Shown piece by piece: positions 1 to 14,881 of a stretch of 64,000 nt of DNA. The stretch comes from Lytechinus pictus (lineage: Eukaryota), in contig NC_087252.1 in NCBI RefSeq assembly GCF_037042905.1, positions 8,248,001-8,312,000 of the forward strand, in the 5' to 3' direction. The stretch's first letter is position 1. Every line of letters begins with the position of its first letter. The position numbers were made by a program, and so were the translations under genes. The notes beneath the pieces are model-generated. The model saw only the letters and a program-made list of their open reading frames with translations, made no database searches and was not told the origin of the DNA.

Positions 1-711
1 GGTTTGATTGTCAAAACATATCAGCCAGCGCTGCGCGCTCGCATTTTGATTGGTGAGTAATGTATACCTCAATAATTCCTCTTTAATAATAAGCAATTCT
101 ATAACAAACTACTTAAAGTCCCCTTTTCATGACATCGCGATTTGCGCTCTCATTCATTTGTTAAACATATATTAACCCATGCATCCTATTCATAATCACA
201 AAAGTGCTTAAAATATCTAGTTTTCAGTAATTAATATAACAAATGTCGGGCTGACATTAGGCTTATTAGATTAATAAATACAAAAACAACATTTTCATGA
301 ATTCCTAATAATTAAATTGTACTTTTTCGGAATGGAATATCTCGCGCTTGGGAAGATGAATAGAAGAAAGTCATCATTTTCATTGGATAACGAAATGTTC
401 TTAGAATGTCCTGGTCCTACGCCAAGATAAAAATTAAAGAAATATCAGCTTGCGCCTTGCGCTCACATCATTTATTAAGAGCAATCCATAATATCCACTT
501 CACAGTTTTCCTACACGGTGCTTGAATTAGTGCTTAAATTAACCCCTTTTCAGAAAGGATTATCAGATATTTTCAGCTCGCGTTTCGCAATCACAAGTCA
601 TTATTGATTTTCATGTTAGGAAATATATTTAGAATGCCCAGATACTAGGTATAACTCTTAAAAACACGCACGCATGTTTATTTAGATACAAATCTTGTTC
701 TCTAAGTTTTA

Positions 712-2230
712 GAAAAAAAAAATATTTATACAGGATAACATGTTCAGATAAAATACGCTGTTTTTCAACATGGTCCTGTTACACTGAAAATATCAAACAA
801 CAATGAAAATGAATACAAACTTAAGTTAAAATACTGGGTATACTTAATTTACAATAAAAGTTGCACAACAGAAATAGAAAGAGCAGGAAGAGAGAGAGAG
901 GTAAGATAGAGATAGTGTGGTTGATTATATGGCAGAAGTAGAGAGTGACAGGGAGAGAGAAAAGAAAGGAGTGCAATACAGAATTAACTATGATTACACA
1001 AGAAAATATGGATAAAAAATCAGTCTAATGTCAATTTAAAAATACTTGTTTTTGTACGACCTCTTTAAATATAGGAGGTTTCTGAAATATTCTGGAGTTC
1101 ATTTGGCAAGGAGTTCCATGGCCCGTTGTACAAAGAGTTACGATTGATCCAATCAATCGTTATTATGGAAAGCCAGCAAAGTCAGCATATGAAATGCATG
1201 TTTGTTCAAACAAAATTCTAGATATGAATCCATATCCATACATTCATTGATTTCTTGACACTTTGGAGTGTTCTCCTTTGATTGCAAAGGACATTTTGCA
1301 AATTTCCTGTAGAAGAAATTATGACACTGATGGATTTCCATACACTTACGATTGATCGGATCAATCGTAACTCTTTGTACAACGGGGCCATGCATATCTT
1401 TGCTTGAAACTTTCAATATTTGGTTTAGGTAATACAGTATTCAGTGAGTCAGCATTACGTGTATACATTCCATGTCTATCAATAAATAGTTCAATATCAT
1501 TACAGAGTCTAATAGGTGCAAGGCCATATATACATTGGTAAGCTTAAATATATAAGAAATAATTCCTCCTTGCAACAACAGATTGCCATTTCAGTTTCTT
1601 CATTAAATCTGTACAACTAAAAGAAAATTCATATTCCTTCATTACAATACGTGCCGCTCGCCTTTGCAGTTTTATAAGTTCCATGTTTTTCAATGAACCA
1701 TTCCCCCAAACAGAACAAGCATAATCTATACATGGCTGAATAGTTGTTTTACATAAAGTATTCAGTAAATCTGGTTTAAAAGTTAAACTTAAACAGTGTT
1801 AAATGTCTTAGAGCATGTAACTTAAATTATATTGATCTACAAGGATGTTTGACATGACCATTCCATATGAGATTATTATCAACTTCAACACCTAATTATC
1901 TTACAGAATTAACTTGTTTGAGTTGCTTACCATCAAACTTTCCAATTTTCCTTTGTTGTTTTTAATAACGAGTTGAAAAAAACATACTTGTTTTAGTAAT
2001 ATTAATCTTTAAACAATATTGTCATTATACCACTTATCGATTTCATGTAAACATACCTGCAAATCACGTTGAATGTTTTTTAACTTAGTATCGGAAATGT
2101 ACATAATAACATCATCAGCAAAAATATTACAAAACAGCAGTCGAAATGCATTGTACAATATCACTTATAAATATTAAAAATAAATCCGGGCCTAATACTC
2201 CCCCTGTAGAATTCCAATCTTACTGATTGC
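712..2230 (-). mobile_element. Degenerate L2/CR1-type LINE, 3' fragment
   Basis: Minus-strand RT remnants (G..QG.LGP.LFLIF near 2170-2215; IFADDV near 2110-2128). Stem-loop 3' end (caggaccatgtt...aacatgttatcctg) near 730-780. Confidence 0.7.
1120..1389. mobile_element. MITE with ~40-bp terminal inverted repeats, inside the LINE
   Basis: ggcccgttgtacaaagagttacgattgatcc at the left end; ggatcaatcgtaactctttgtacaacggggcc at the right end. Confidence 0.8.
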
Positions 2231-3734
2231 TTCCGGTTTGTTCAGTAACTTTTGAACCACAAAAGTTCTGTACCAGATACCCCATACTTTTCTAATTTAA
2301 ATAACATCATGTGTCAAAACAAATTTTCATATCTTATTTTGTATTTAAATGTTTTATTGGTCACTTCAAGTTACATTCATTCAATACAGTTGAAAAAATA
2401 CAAATGATACATTATAAAAAATTACATAACATAAGTGGATAACCACTGTATCACGTCTCGCCACCTGCGTTCGTGGCCACTCCTTTTGTTATTTCGAATA
2501 GCTATAATTTTTTCTATTTTATATGATCTAGTTAACAAATCAACACAATCAGAAACTGTTGGTTTACATGATTTACATCTACTAAGATAAAATGATTTCT
2601 TTGCAATAACTAAAACATGATTAAAAAGAAGACATTTTCTTGATGAAATACCGAGTATTACACTTTTTTCCGTTAATACTGAAAAATCAAACATAGTGAG
2701 TTCTTTTCCTAGCTGATTCCCAAATAACTGTGTAAATGGACAATTCCAAAATAAATGCTCGATCGTTTCAATTTCTGCATTACAGAAAGAACATAAAGGT
2801 GAAGTAATGACTTTCATTTTATACAACTTTTAGTTCAATTTTAAAATATTGTTCAATACCTTGAACTGAAATTCTCTGTAATTTACATCGACAGTGTTTA
2901 ATAGAATAGATGAACGAGCAAATACCAATTCTTTATCTGAAACATCATATCTATTTTGAAGTCTAAACGTACTTACTGGACGCTCATACATGTCATATCT
3001 TTCTGCTACTAATAGATCATAAAAAATTTTACTTTTTATTTTGTTTAGCTGTACCAATTCAAAAGGAAGTATAATATTTGATATAGCTGCATTCTTAAAT
3101 GAGTCCGTATATGATATTTTAGAAAAAAATGTCTTTAAATATGCAGAATACAGTCCTTGTAATCTAAAGTAATTGTTGGCGTCTAAATCAAATAACCTTT
3201 TCATTTCATACAATTGTCTTAAAATACATCCTTCAGTAAGGATGTCATTAAAAAATACAATTCTTTTTAAAAACAATTTTCGAAAGAAGATCATATCTCG
3301 AGTAGCTTTCAGTTGTTTATTGTTCCAGATGATCTGGAACTTCGTATTATCTTCTCTGTTTCTCACATTAAGAGAATCCAAACATTGTAAAATAGTTTTA
3401 TAAAACTGAGGAATATCCAAGCTCAACATTTTATGACCATAGTTACAGTTGAATACAAACAATCCCCCGTTCTTTTTAAGGTAATACTGAAGAATTTGAA
3501 ACCATCCTTGTTTATCCGCATGTTTAATTCTCTCTATCCAAAATAACTGCTGGGCTTTAACAGCCGAATACACACCTACCATCTTAATTCCTCCATTTGA
3601 TAGATCCTGGATCATGACGTTTCTTCTAATTTTGTCGGGTCCATTCCAAATAAAACTGAAAAACACCCTCTCTAATTTTGTAAGAAACCAATCAGGTAAA
3701 AGAGTGGATGAAAATAAATAGATTAATCTGGATA

Positions 3735-4578
3735 CTGTAGAAGCTGTTATTTTCGCGAATCGCGGGGGTCCCGACATTTTCGCGGGTTGTTAAATTCGCG
3801 ATCGGAAGATGTAGAAAACATTTCCACAGCATTTAAAAGAAGTAAAACTAGAGCAAATCACGTGCAAATCTCTACTTCTTAAAGTATCCATGCTGATGTG
3901 TGTTTTGTACATAAATATGTCCCTGTAAAAACAGTTACAAACTGTGGAAAAAGGTGGCTTAAATTTCAATTTTTTTACCTTTAGATCTGAAAATTCATCA
4001 TGCCACAGTTTGATCTGTAATTTATAGGGTTAAGCAATCTTTAGAATTGTGTTTTGTTCTATTCATTTTTCAAAAAGTTGGTAAAAGTGCAAAAATGTGG
4101 AATTTTGTGAACAGAATCTTCACTTGTAAAAGCTCTGGTCATGTGACTTATGAATATTAATGAGTATGCAAATAGCTGCCAATACGTGTGTATAGAGTCA
4201 ATCAGATGACAATAATATCAAATTATTTCATGGAAAATACATTTTAATATTACAGTGAGTGTATAGATATTGATAAAATAATGTTAGAAAATACTTTAGG
4301 CTATGATTTTGTTTGAGAAATTAAAAAAAGTGAAATTCTAGCTAACTTTTTGAATCACTAACTGTACTTTCTAAGCCTTATTTTTTGTACATATAGAGGT
4401 GCATATCTCCATTTTCTCACTACACAGTATGTTTTAAATAGCAAAGCTTTGCTGTTGGGGACATTGGCACTGACTAAGAAGTGTGTCAATATTTTCGCGT
4501 GTTGTTAAATTCGCGGCCGATCGGCAATTCGCGAAATCCGCGAAAATAAAACCCCCGCGAAAATTACAGCTTATACAG
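3735..4578. mobile_element. Non-autonomous DNA transposon (Tc1/mariner-like MITE) inserted in Tx1 ORF2
   Basis: TIRs ctgtagaagctgttattttcgcg / cgcgaaaattacagcttatacag. Removing the element restores the LINE frame SFGISRLIY. Confidence 0.8.
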
Positions 4579-5495
4579 TTCCAAATGATTTAATTATTTG
4601 AATTTTACCGAATAAAGTTAGGCTTCTAATTTGCCACATGTTTAAAGTAACTTGTATTGATAAAAGTATTTCTTCTGCTTTTTTAACTTGCGCAGTATCT
4701 GATCCAGTACCCACAAAAGTACCAAACACATTTATAGTATCTACAAAATTGAAATTATGTCGGAAAACTGCATTCGACACATTTCCAATCTTTAACATTT
4801 CTGTCTTATTTAAATTAATTGTTAAACTTGAACACTTCTCAAACTGTTGCATAATATCAAATAATGAGCTCAGAGAATTTACATCTGAAAAAATGAGCAA
4901 AAATCGTCTGCGTATAAAGACAGCTTTAATTCACTGGTACCAACTGATATACCTCTTAAATTAAAGATATGACATTTTGCTTTTGACTTGCTGACGATTC
5001 ATTTTCTTGAAAAGAAAAATTCAAAGACACAAGTAAGGAATCCTTGACAATGTCCCAAAAAGTAATATAAAATTCATTGGAGAGTCCATCATTCCCCGGA
5101 GACTTTCCACATTTCATTTCCGTCAATACTTTCTTACACTCATGTCCAGTGAGGAGTCCTTCACATGATTAAAAAAAAATTATTTGCATTCTCATCTGTT
5201 ATGTTAACGTTTTGTTTTGTATACAGCTGCCTGTAAAAGTGTTTAATGTTTTGTAAAATTTCTTTTTCGTCTTCAATAATATCATCTTCTTTCAAAAGTT
5301 TTCGGATAGTGGAATTGACTTTACGTTGTTTTTCTAGTGTAAGAAAATATTTATTACTTTTTTCTCCGTATTCGATCCTCTGTTCCGATTCGCTTTCCTG
5401 ATACGCTTTTCGATTGGTCTGCGGCCTTCACTTTGCGTCGTACAGCTGGTTCACCCTGAATGCTTGGTCGCTTAGCTACCTCGTCTTCAGCTATG

Positions 5496-7687
5496 GGGCG
5501 ATTCCACACTAGAAGTTCAAAAATATCATAAATTTCTACATGCTTTTAATAAGTCACAAGTAGTGTAATATTTTACTATGATACCTAAATTTCATGAAAA
5601 TTATGAGTTTTAACCAAAAGTGAAGTCAGATATAGTTTTTTTTGGGGGGAACAATGGAATTTTCAATTTTCAATAATTTTGCTAATTAAATAGTCAAGTA
5701 CAAACACTGCCTGAAACAATTATTGGCAAAGCGCAAGAAGATTGAAAATATTGCAGGTCAATGGAATAATGTATCATTGATGGTTCCAAATAATATCTAC
5801 AACATTTTCATGATCCATAATAGGGGCAGCCCTGATTTTCCCGTACGAGACATGAAAAAAGTTTTTCCTACAATTTTATTTTTGATGATGCAATTTCACA
5901 ATATCAGTTTCTCTTTCTTTGACCCATGGGTGATCGATTTATCCCATAAGGATCTAATTACTGCCCTTCATTTTTCAATAATTGTCCTATTAAAAGTTGT
6001 CCCCTACGACACAGTGTGTGTCGTACGGGACATGTCCCTTACGACACACAATATATAATGCATTTGATTGCAGGATTTGGATTCAGAAAGTATAAATAGT
6101 AGGCCTATTTCAATTCAAGTAATTGATTTGACATAAAGTGAACTGAAAAAGTACTTTCTTATCTCCATAGAACATGAAATAGGTGATTCTAACCATTTTG
6201 ATTGATTTCATGTAGACGTATTCTTTTGTGAATCCCTTCAACTAAACTGGTGATTTTCACTGGTCAGAGCGGGTTAATTTCTTTGTCCTTGAGCATGAAA
6301 AGAAAACCTTTATAATTGATTCACCCTAGCCTGGAAGATGACTTCCTCTTGCATGCTAATGTGGAATTATTATAAGATGTAAAAAAAAATTACATATCAA
6401 TCATCTATTTGGACTTCCCTTGATGATCACTAATTTTTTTATATACAGTATTGAAACTCCTTACTTTTTTCAAGTTGTAAAAAAAATCACAAACCATGTT
6501 GTTCAAACAAAATCTGGAAAATAAGACAAACCATATGGTTTCATGAAATGCAAAAAGTTTTGAAAAAGTAGAACCGCATTTCTTTGGAAAAACAAAATAT
6601 TTTGTGGAATTACAAGTGACTGTTGTGACATATATCATGTATATATACATTTTATATTAAAATTATTATAACATTTTAGCCCCATAATTTACACAAACAG
6701 TTTCATTCATTCATTGTTTAGATATAGTGTATTGGAAATCATCAATTAATTCACTAAGATATAACTTCACACAAAACCTCAAGTTTTTCAGCTCATAAAA
6801 ATGCTGTGAACCCTTGTACATTTCCCATCATGAAAAAAAATGATAACATATTGCTCCCGATTGTATATATTGAGGTTACTTAATTATATTGTCCTGAATG
6901 ACTATACTTATTAAAAGACTTTGCATAAAAAGGAAGAATTTAGAAGCAATGCTCCCCTTCTGATTGATAAAAAGTTCATTGTTTTATTCAGGCTGCCCAG
7001 TACAACACGCAAGTGCCTGTACAACACACAAGTGTCCCGTACGACACACAAGTGTCCCGTTCGACACAGAAGTGTCCTGTACGACACACAAGTGTCCCGT
7101 ACGACATATTATTTTGTTTATGATATATTGACAGAAATATTCAGCCAATAGCGTTTTCTAACATAATGAATGTCTTTAGTGTGATAGGATTATCATTATC
7201 ATCAGCCAAATAAAGTGATTGAAGAAGTCAAAGAGACATAAAGTAAGTAAGTTTGGCTTCAATTTAGAGATGTCCCGTACGACACATTTTGAGTGTCCCG
7301 TACGCCACAATGTTCTCGAAAATTGTAATTTGCTTTATTTATTAATGAATGTTTATTTTGCTTTCTTTCATAGATGTGTTTGTTCTTGGGTAATTGAATA
7401 TCAATTTGAGTTCAGTTTCTATGAAAATTATCTGTCCAACTCACAGACTTTAGAGTACAAGCTTGAGGTTTCTAAAAAAGCCACTTTTTCTGCGTCCGTA
7501 CGACACATTACTATTTTAAATCTGTATTATACAGGATGTGAATTCAAGTCATGTTAAGTCTTGGTTTTTCTAACACTCTGGTAGTACTTGATGATCACCT
7601 TTAGTTACTGGAATATTTTTTGTTTTTTTTGTAAAAAAACTGTCAAATGTTCTCTAAATGTCCCGTACGACACGTATGGAATCACCC
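5496..7687. mobile_element. Non-autonomous TIR element with 4-bp TSD (TATG), inserted in Tx1 ORF1
   Basis: TIRs gggcgattccacac / gtatggaatcaccc, with tatg on both sides. Internal tgtcccgtacgacac motifs, tandem at ~7000-7105. Confidence 0.8.
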
Positions 7688-8983
7688 TATGGTGGGGTTG
7701 GTGGTGGGGCATGTGTTTTGCATATGCCCTGATTGTCGACAAACTCGGCATACTTTTTCATTGGTACAATGCGATCTATGGTGGCCTTCTTGGAGGTAAT
7801 ATGAGCAAACAGGACCCTGTGACGTATTTTCCTGCCCAAAGTGAAAAACTCTCGCTCTAAACGAATGGAATTTCATGAATCTTGGGAGATGTTGATTTGG
7901 GAGATCTACATACACTACTCTATCCCCTGTTAAACACTGTGTTAGCTTTCCATCCACTCTCAACCTCTGATATTGAACAGGACCATGTATTTTGCATTTT
8001 CTATTTTCTAACTCTCCAAGAATAACACTTTCGTGTACTGATAATGGGATATCCTACCCGAGTTGTAGTCTCATTATCGTAAGCTAAGAATGGGTTTCTA
8101 TCAAACACCTGCACTACCGATCCTCGAACTTCGAGGCCTTGGGTTATAATTTTTTTTTTAATCTACAAAAAAAAACAAGCGCCTGCCATTTCGGGATTAT
8201 TAAGTGCATCATACCAGTCGTCTATAACACGATGGAGAAAAGTATCCACTCTTTTCGTGATTTACAAAACGTGAATAGGGTGACCCGTTTTTAGGTCTAA
8301 ATCTCATTTATTTCCCGCTCTCGCATTGTTTAGTTATATGCCTATCCTGCCCATGATTACAAAATATGCTTAAAATTTCCATTTCAATTTTTCGCTTTAT
8401 TTGATTATTGAATATGTACCGCTTTATGGATAACTGCAAACAGTCTTCAACAGGTCCCTTTTCGATCAATTATTTACGTATTTTGTTCAGGATTACAAAC
8501 ATTGCCAAGAATGTTCGATTTTCAGGACAAGGTGCATAATTACAAAACATTAGCTCACGCTTCGCGCTCGAACTATCTAAATATGGCTTATGAGATTAAG
8601 TACTATGTTTTATAAGAATAAAGCAAAGAAGTGACTGTTACAAAGAAACAAACAAAAAATCATCTTTGAGTGGCTGATCGAGGAAAATATGGGTGAAAAC
8701 TTTCTCGCCCCCCTCCTTTTAGCGAAAGCTGGATCCACCCCTGAATTTAGGCCTACTTAGGCACCCCCAGCTAAAAAAATCGTTCCCAGGGCCCTGTCCG
8801 GTCTCGGGTATTTAACCTTTTATGCCTTTTTTTAAATCCGTCATAATAATGACACGTGATTGGTCTAAATCCCGTCATGTGACCAAATATAGTACCAACT
8901 AACGACATAATGGGCCAAAATGCGATGAATCCTCACATCTTCTGTTACGAGCCGGATATTAGTAATATTTGATATGCACGTAA

Positions 8984-10222
8984 CAGGGGCGGAAATCTCT
9001 CCCAAAAGGTAGGGGGGACACAGGGCAAATCCAGCCTTCGCCAATAGGGGGGGGGGGGGCGGAAATTTGTTTCAGCCATATTTTCCCCGATCGGCAGCAC
9101 GAAGATGATTTTTGCTTGTTTCTTTGAAGGGGTGTCCTCATTAGTCACTTCTTAGCTTTATTCTTATAAATTAATATATAATGATGCGAGCGCGAAGCGC
9201 GAGCTAATTTTTTTGGAAATTTTATGTATTTTTTAAAAAATTTGAACTGATTTTGGGCAATGTTTGTTATCCTGAAAAAGATGTGTATGCAACTTAATAA
9301 TTACAACGAACGCAACGCGCGAGCAGAAATGAACTGATGGAAAAGATACCTGTTAAAATAGCATTTAATAATCAAATAATGCGAGCGCGAAGCGCGAGCT
9401 ATTTTTTTTGGGACATTTTCACCTAAACAATGAAAATTCTAAGCACTTTATGTAACTCAAGCAGAATAGGTATATAAGTAAACAATCAATGCGAGCGCGA
9501 AGCGTGAGCGGAACATTTTTAGATTTAGTCCTATAATATTTACTGTACGAGACACTCTATTCATGTTTTGTAAATCCTGAAAAGGATGAGTGTTAATAAT
9601 GCGAGCGCAAAGCGCGAGCAGAAAATTTTTATATACGTTTTGAACTGGTACCTGTTAAGGACTGCATGCACTTGAAAAATTTTGAACTTTCTAAAGAAAG
9701 AATGGAACATTTTAATCAGTTTTTGTAATCGTGAACAGGATAGCTATAACTTAACGTTTGATGCGAGCGCGAAGCGCGAGCAGAAAAAAATATATAGTGG
9801 CACGAAAGATTCTTTTTATTTTCCTAGTCTTCCCCTCATCTTATTTTATGCACTCGTCGTCCTCTTCTTTTTCTCCTCTCTTTTCCCTCCTTTTTTCCTT
9901 CTTTCTTTCCCTTTTTTCTTTTTTTTGCTCCGCCAAGAGGGGGGGGGGGGGGGGGGGGGGGCGGGGCGGGCCCCTCGGCCCCCTGGATCCGCCTATGGGG
10001 ACAAGGGGCGGGAAAATTTGACAAGCAAAAAAAAAAGGTTATCATCGCCAAAGTAAGTTCATCTGTTAAAATACATGTTTTATTTCGATTTAGAATAATG
10101 TATTTCTTACCATCATAAAAGACCAAAAATAGTAGGGGGGACATTTGATATTATGTCCCCCCCTACTATTTTGAGTAGGGGGGACACGTCCCCCCTGTCC
10201 CCCCCTGGGATTTCCGCCCATG
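8984..10222. mobile_element. hAT-like non-autonomous element with 8-bp TSD
   Basis: TIRs caggggcggaaatc / gatttccgcccatg. TSD gcacgtaa at 8976-8983 and 10223-10230. Internal gcgagcgcgaagcgcgagc repeats. Confidence 0.85.
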
Positions 10223-11487
10223 GCACGTAAACGAAGTGATCAATCACTTTTATCAAATTTTATTATTGTTTTTTTTTACTCGAAGACCGGGTTTCCTTAA
10301 TGTTATTCATTCTAGTCAAGTAGAACGACAACATGACCGTCAAGTTGAGTACATATGCAATTTTCTTTAAAGACAGTTGTAGTAAAGGGTGTGTACTTCA
10401 ATAATCCGAAGGGTGTCACTTGGGGAACCCTTGGAAAATTTTTTTTAAATTGACGTCATAAGCCACGTCCACTTTTTTACATATACCTCTTAAAAATGAC
10501 TTTCATATTTTACGAAACAAACATGTCATGTTTGGTATCAAATTAAAGCTAATGTAAGAATCAATTACAAGTACATGGATCACTGGGCATTTAAATCACG
10601 CGTATGTCAGTTAAAGGTCATAAAAGGTCAAATTGCATTGCAAATGTAAGTAATACATATAAGGCGAAAAATATCATGTTTTAGATAAAAAATAAGTTAG
10701 GTATCTTATGTATTTTTTTGCTGAAACTTCAGTTGAGGGTGCGCATATTAAGAATCCGATTGGTGCGACCTTGGAATCTTGAGGAATGTTATTTATGTGA
10801 CGTCATAAACCACAAACTTTCTTACATTCCTCTTAATTGTTAATTTTCTATTGAGCGGAATAAACATATCATGTTTGATATCAAATTATAGCAAATGCAA
10901 AATCAAATCCATATATAGGAATCACAAGGCATTTATATTGCGTCCAGACCAATTAAAGGTCATTTAAGGTCATGAAAGTTCAAGTTAGGTCACAAAATAA
11001 TGTAAGCAATGCAATGTTTGGAATATCATGTTTGGAATACAAACAAGTTGAGTATTTAATGTATTCTTAGCTGATAGTTATGATGAGGATGTGTATATTT
11101 ATAATCTGACAGGGGCTACTTTGGTACCCTTGGGGCAACGTCATTTTTGACGTGATAAACCACACCATCCTTTTCACATAGGTCAACCTCTTAATTATGA
11201 TTAACAGTATCTCGTTTCTAATGTACGGAATAAACATACCATGTTGGTATCAAATTAAAGCTTGACATTTTGTATAATTGTAAATAGAATTTACATTTAT
11301 ACAAGAACAAAACACATGTCAAGGTCATTAGGTCATTTTAGCTCATTAAAGGTCCAATGAAGGCGGGAGTTTACCAGTACTAAAAAAAGTGAACATTTTT
11401 GTATCAAATCAAATTATGGAGGGGGGGGGGGTGGATTCCTTTGTTTTTATTGAGTATAGATTAGAGAAAAAATGAAACTAGTCTCAC

Positions 11488-11691
11488 CATATTCGAACTC
11501 ATTTTCAGGAAATGACTGCATCTGAAATCTTGCCTCTCTGATTTCCTTTAAGGTCTGGTTCTCTCGTGTCAACTTCAATTCCACCAATTGCTGTTCTTCG
11601 AATTTTGCTTTGTCCCTCTCCCTTTCTTGCTCCAATTCTTCAACCTTTCGTTTCAACATGTTCAATTGGATCTCGTTTTTCTCGTACTCTC
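11488..11691 (-). CDS. Exon of Ig-TM gene: cytoplasmic coiled coil (EYEKNEIQLNMLKRKVEELEQERERDKAKFEEQQ...)
   Basis: 204-bp open exon, ag/gtgag boundaries, phase 1-1, E/K/Q-rich heptads. Confidence 0.75.
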
Positions 11692-12366
11692 CTGGTATAA
11701 AATGATAAGAGTACAATGAGAAAGAATTTGAACTACAATACATACAATATTTTCGAGGTAAAATAGGAAATAAAATAGACCCAAAGGATCAGAGATAGAT
11801 CCTCTAGCTTATTGAAAAAAAGTAATAGGTGTTATTACCTGCAATGACAAACACGACTTTCACGTCAGATGGTAGACGTAGTTGAATTGGAAGGGTATAG
11901 TTAAATGCAGGGTCAGCCGAAATATTGGCAAATTAGTGCCATGGCTACCATTGAGGAATCACTATTCTTTATTTCACTAATATCAATATTTGTATCATGG
12001 TATCCCTCGTAAGCTCCTGGAGGATATTTCGGTCGTTACGGTTATAAGCACAGAGGGGTGGGAGTAGGGGAGGGTATTCACGCATAATGGAGTAGGCCTA
12101 TACATATGCGCCCCCTACGGCTCAATTTTCACGTGTTGTCAGCTGCTCCAAAGTTAGCCTCTTGTCGAGGCCCTGGCGGCTGCTTCCCGAGCGAAGCGAG
12201 TGATTTCGCGCCAGGCGAGCCAGGGCCTCTTGACATCTGAGCTGAATTATATATTCATGAGGAACGTCTTCCTAATGAATATACATGAGTCATGATATTA
12301 CCGGTCACCTAGTAAACCAATGAAATGTCAAAGCTGTTTCGTCCAGGGTTCGGAATACTATAGTAG

Positions 12367-14740
12367 TTTTGATTTGATTTATTTATTTCCACATTCCAAT
12401 AACAAAAGCATATACAAGTGTAATCATATTTTTCTTAGCATAACAAAACAATAGGCAAATGACATAATTAATAACATATACATATATACAATCTAATTGA
12501 AAAATATTTATACCTGATAAATTTCTTTTTTTAATTATGATTTTTTTTTTTTTTTAATTTTGAAATGTGAGAGACCTTCATCTTAAGATTAGAGCTTAAA
12601 ATTGACAAAGGCCTCATAAGGAAAGGGGAAAGAAAATCAGACAAACAGTGCAATAAAAGAGACTTATCTTTTATTGCACAAAATAATAGGAATATTACAA
12701 AAAAGATAGATAGGGAAAGAAAAATTAAAATGAGGAATTTGTAATCATATTGATAAAAGTTAAAGTGCAAGTGCAAGTGTGCAAGAGTGCAAGGCGGGGG
12801 GGGGGGGGGGGAGGGGGTGTCATATTGGTTGGTACATAACACACCCGAGATTTTAGGTATTATATTTTAACAGTGTATTTCTCTTCAAAACAGCCTTGAA
12901 TGAATAAAGTGTAGAGCATTACTTAATGTCAGGTGATAAATCATTCCATAAATCTGCACCGAAATGTCTAATTGATTTGTGTGCTATTATTAGTTTTGGA
13001 TTTGTAAGATGAAATTTGTCAGAGTTTCGTGTTGGATAAGAGTGGATGGTGTTGTTGATTGTGAACATATTTTGAAAGGAAGGGGGAAGTATTCCCTTTT
13101 TGTATTTGATCATGAAGATTGATTAGCAGCTTGATATGTATTTATATCTGAAATTTTTTAAAGTTCTTTATTAAAAAAATAAAGGACTGGATCTAGCGAG
13201 ATATTGTGATCCTGTACAAATACGAACTGCTCTTTTTGTAACAAGGAAATCGAATTAAGTTTTGTATTACCACAGTTACCCCAAACTATGTTGCAATATG
13301 ATATGTGAGGGAGAACCAAGACATTATAAAGAAGAAAAAGAGTTTTTGGGGGTAATAAGTATTTTAATTCGGAAATTATCCCAACACCTCTGGATACGGA
13401 AGTGGTGATATGGCGTAAATGATTATTCCATGATAAATTTTCATCAATAGTTACTCCTAACAACTTTGAATGTTGTTTTTGTTGTAAGGTTACGCTGTCA
13501 ATGTTTATCGTTATTTCTTCGTTAACTGCATGGGTATTATTGTGTTTAATTAAAGTGCATAAAATGTGTTTTGTTTATGTTTAAAGACAATTTGTTGAAT
13601 TTGAACCAAGTAGACACTCTACATAAATCATAATTTAAAGTAGATACTACAATTTCAAGTTTTGGGTGAAAATAAAAAATATTGGTATCATCTGCAAATA
13701 GGATAAAAGATAATAAGGGGAAGTTTTCGATATATCATTGACGTATAGTAGAAAAAAGGAGCGGTCCCAAAATTGACCCCTGCGGCACTCCACATTCTAC
13801 AGTTTCAAAGGTTGAATCTATTCCATTAAATGTAACATATTGTTGTCTATTTGATAAATAATATTCTATCCATCGATGTGCGTTGCCCCGTATTCCGTAT
13901 ACATGTAAATGTAGTTTTTGAAGTGATATTTTGTGATTAAATGTATCGAAAGCTTTGCTTAAGTCCAGAAATATTCCAATAACATGTTCTTTGTTAGCAA
14001 TCGCTTTTGTGATTTTGTCATAAATATTTACTAGTGCTAAGTCTGCCGAGTGATTTTTTCTAAAACCGTATCGATTTGGATTTAATAAATTATGCAAGTT
14101 TAAAAAATTGTATGATCTTGTGTATATTATTCTTTCTAAGATTTTTGATATGCTACAGAGAATAGAAATTGGGCGGCAATTACTTATTTCATGAAGATCA
14201 TCTTTATTGTAGATTGGGGTAACTTTTGCAATTTTTAGTAAATTCGGACAAATCCCTGATTAAATAGATTGATTAAAAATATAAGTTAATGGATCAACAA
14301 TAGCATGAATTTCTTTAAGCATGGATGAACTTATCCTATCGTGTCCTTGTGACCTACTAGAGTTCAACGATTGTGTGATATTAATTATTCAGTAGGGTTG
14401 GTGGGATTGAGAAAAAATGGTACGAATGTTCGAATGGCGTTGAAATGAAATCAGTAAAATGGGCGTTGTTGCAATTACCTATTTGATTTGCTAGTTGGGG
14501 GCCGATGTTACTAAAACAAAAGAGTTAAAGGATGAAGCATTTTTAGATTGATCTGTGATTTTATCACCATGTAAAGTTAATTCATCTTCAGGTGATGGAG
14601 TATTGTTTTCCCCAATAATATCATTTATAACCCGCCACGTGGCCTTAGAATTAGAACTAACTTTAGATAATTTGTCTGAATAATACATCCTTCGAGATAT
14701 TCGTATCAGGTTTGTAAGTTTGTTACGATATTTAACTATT
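12367..14740 (-). mobile_element. L2/CR1-type LINE, 5'-truncated and frameshifted
   Basis: YGFRKNHS, FLDLSKAFDT, GVPQGSILGPLLF, LFADD and LGVTIDENLSW motifs. Tail of aataaataaatcaaatcaaa type at ~12367-12390. Confidence 0.92.
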
Positions 14741-14810
14741 CTTCAGGGGATTCATTTAATTGTTGGACACTAAAGGGGATATAACCAGCAAAATACTACA
14801 AGTGGTGGTG

Positions 14811-14811
14811 G

Positions 14812-14850
<39 letters not shown>

Positions 14851-14881
14851 CACTACTATTGCTACTACTACTACTAGTACT
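14811..14881. repeat. (TAC)n microsatellite
   Basis: Directly visible in the sequence. Confidence 0.95.

Larger units (their letters stand above)
2330..8230 (-). mobile_element. Tx1/L1-clade LINE relic: ORF1 with CCHC knuckles plus ORF2 RT, internally deleted and interrupted by two DNA elements
   Basis: ORF1 knuckles CRVCRQSGHMQNTC (7682-7963). ORF2 motifs: YGEKSNKYF (~5350-5375), GKSPGNDGLSNEFY (~5070-5110), LYADD (~4905-4918), TLFGKIQIIKS, FIWNGPDKIRR..GGIKM, and C-terminal CSFCNAEIETIEHLFWNC. Confidence 0.9.

Noticed and set aside
9682..10144. Low-complexity ORFs (also at 14756-15008, 33076-33486, 40247-40615 and 46893-47235)
   Set aside because: They are translations of microsatellites, poly-G runs or MITE internal repeats.
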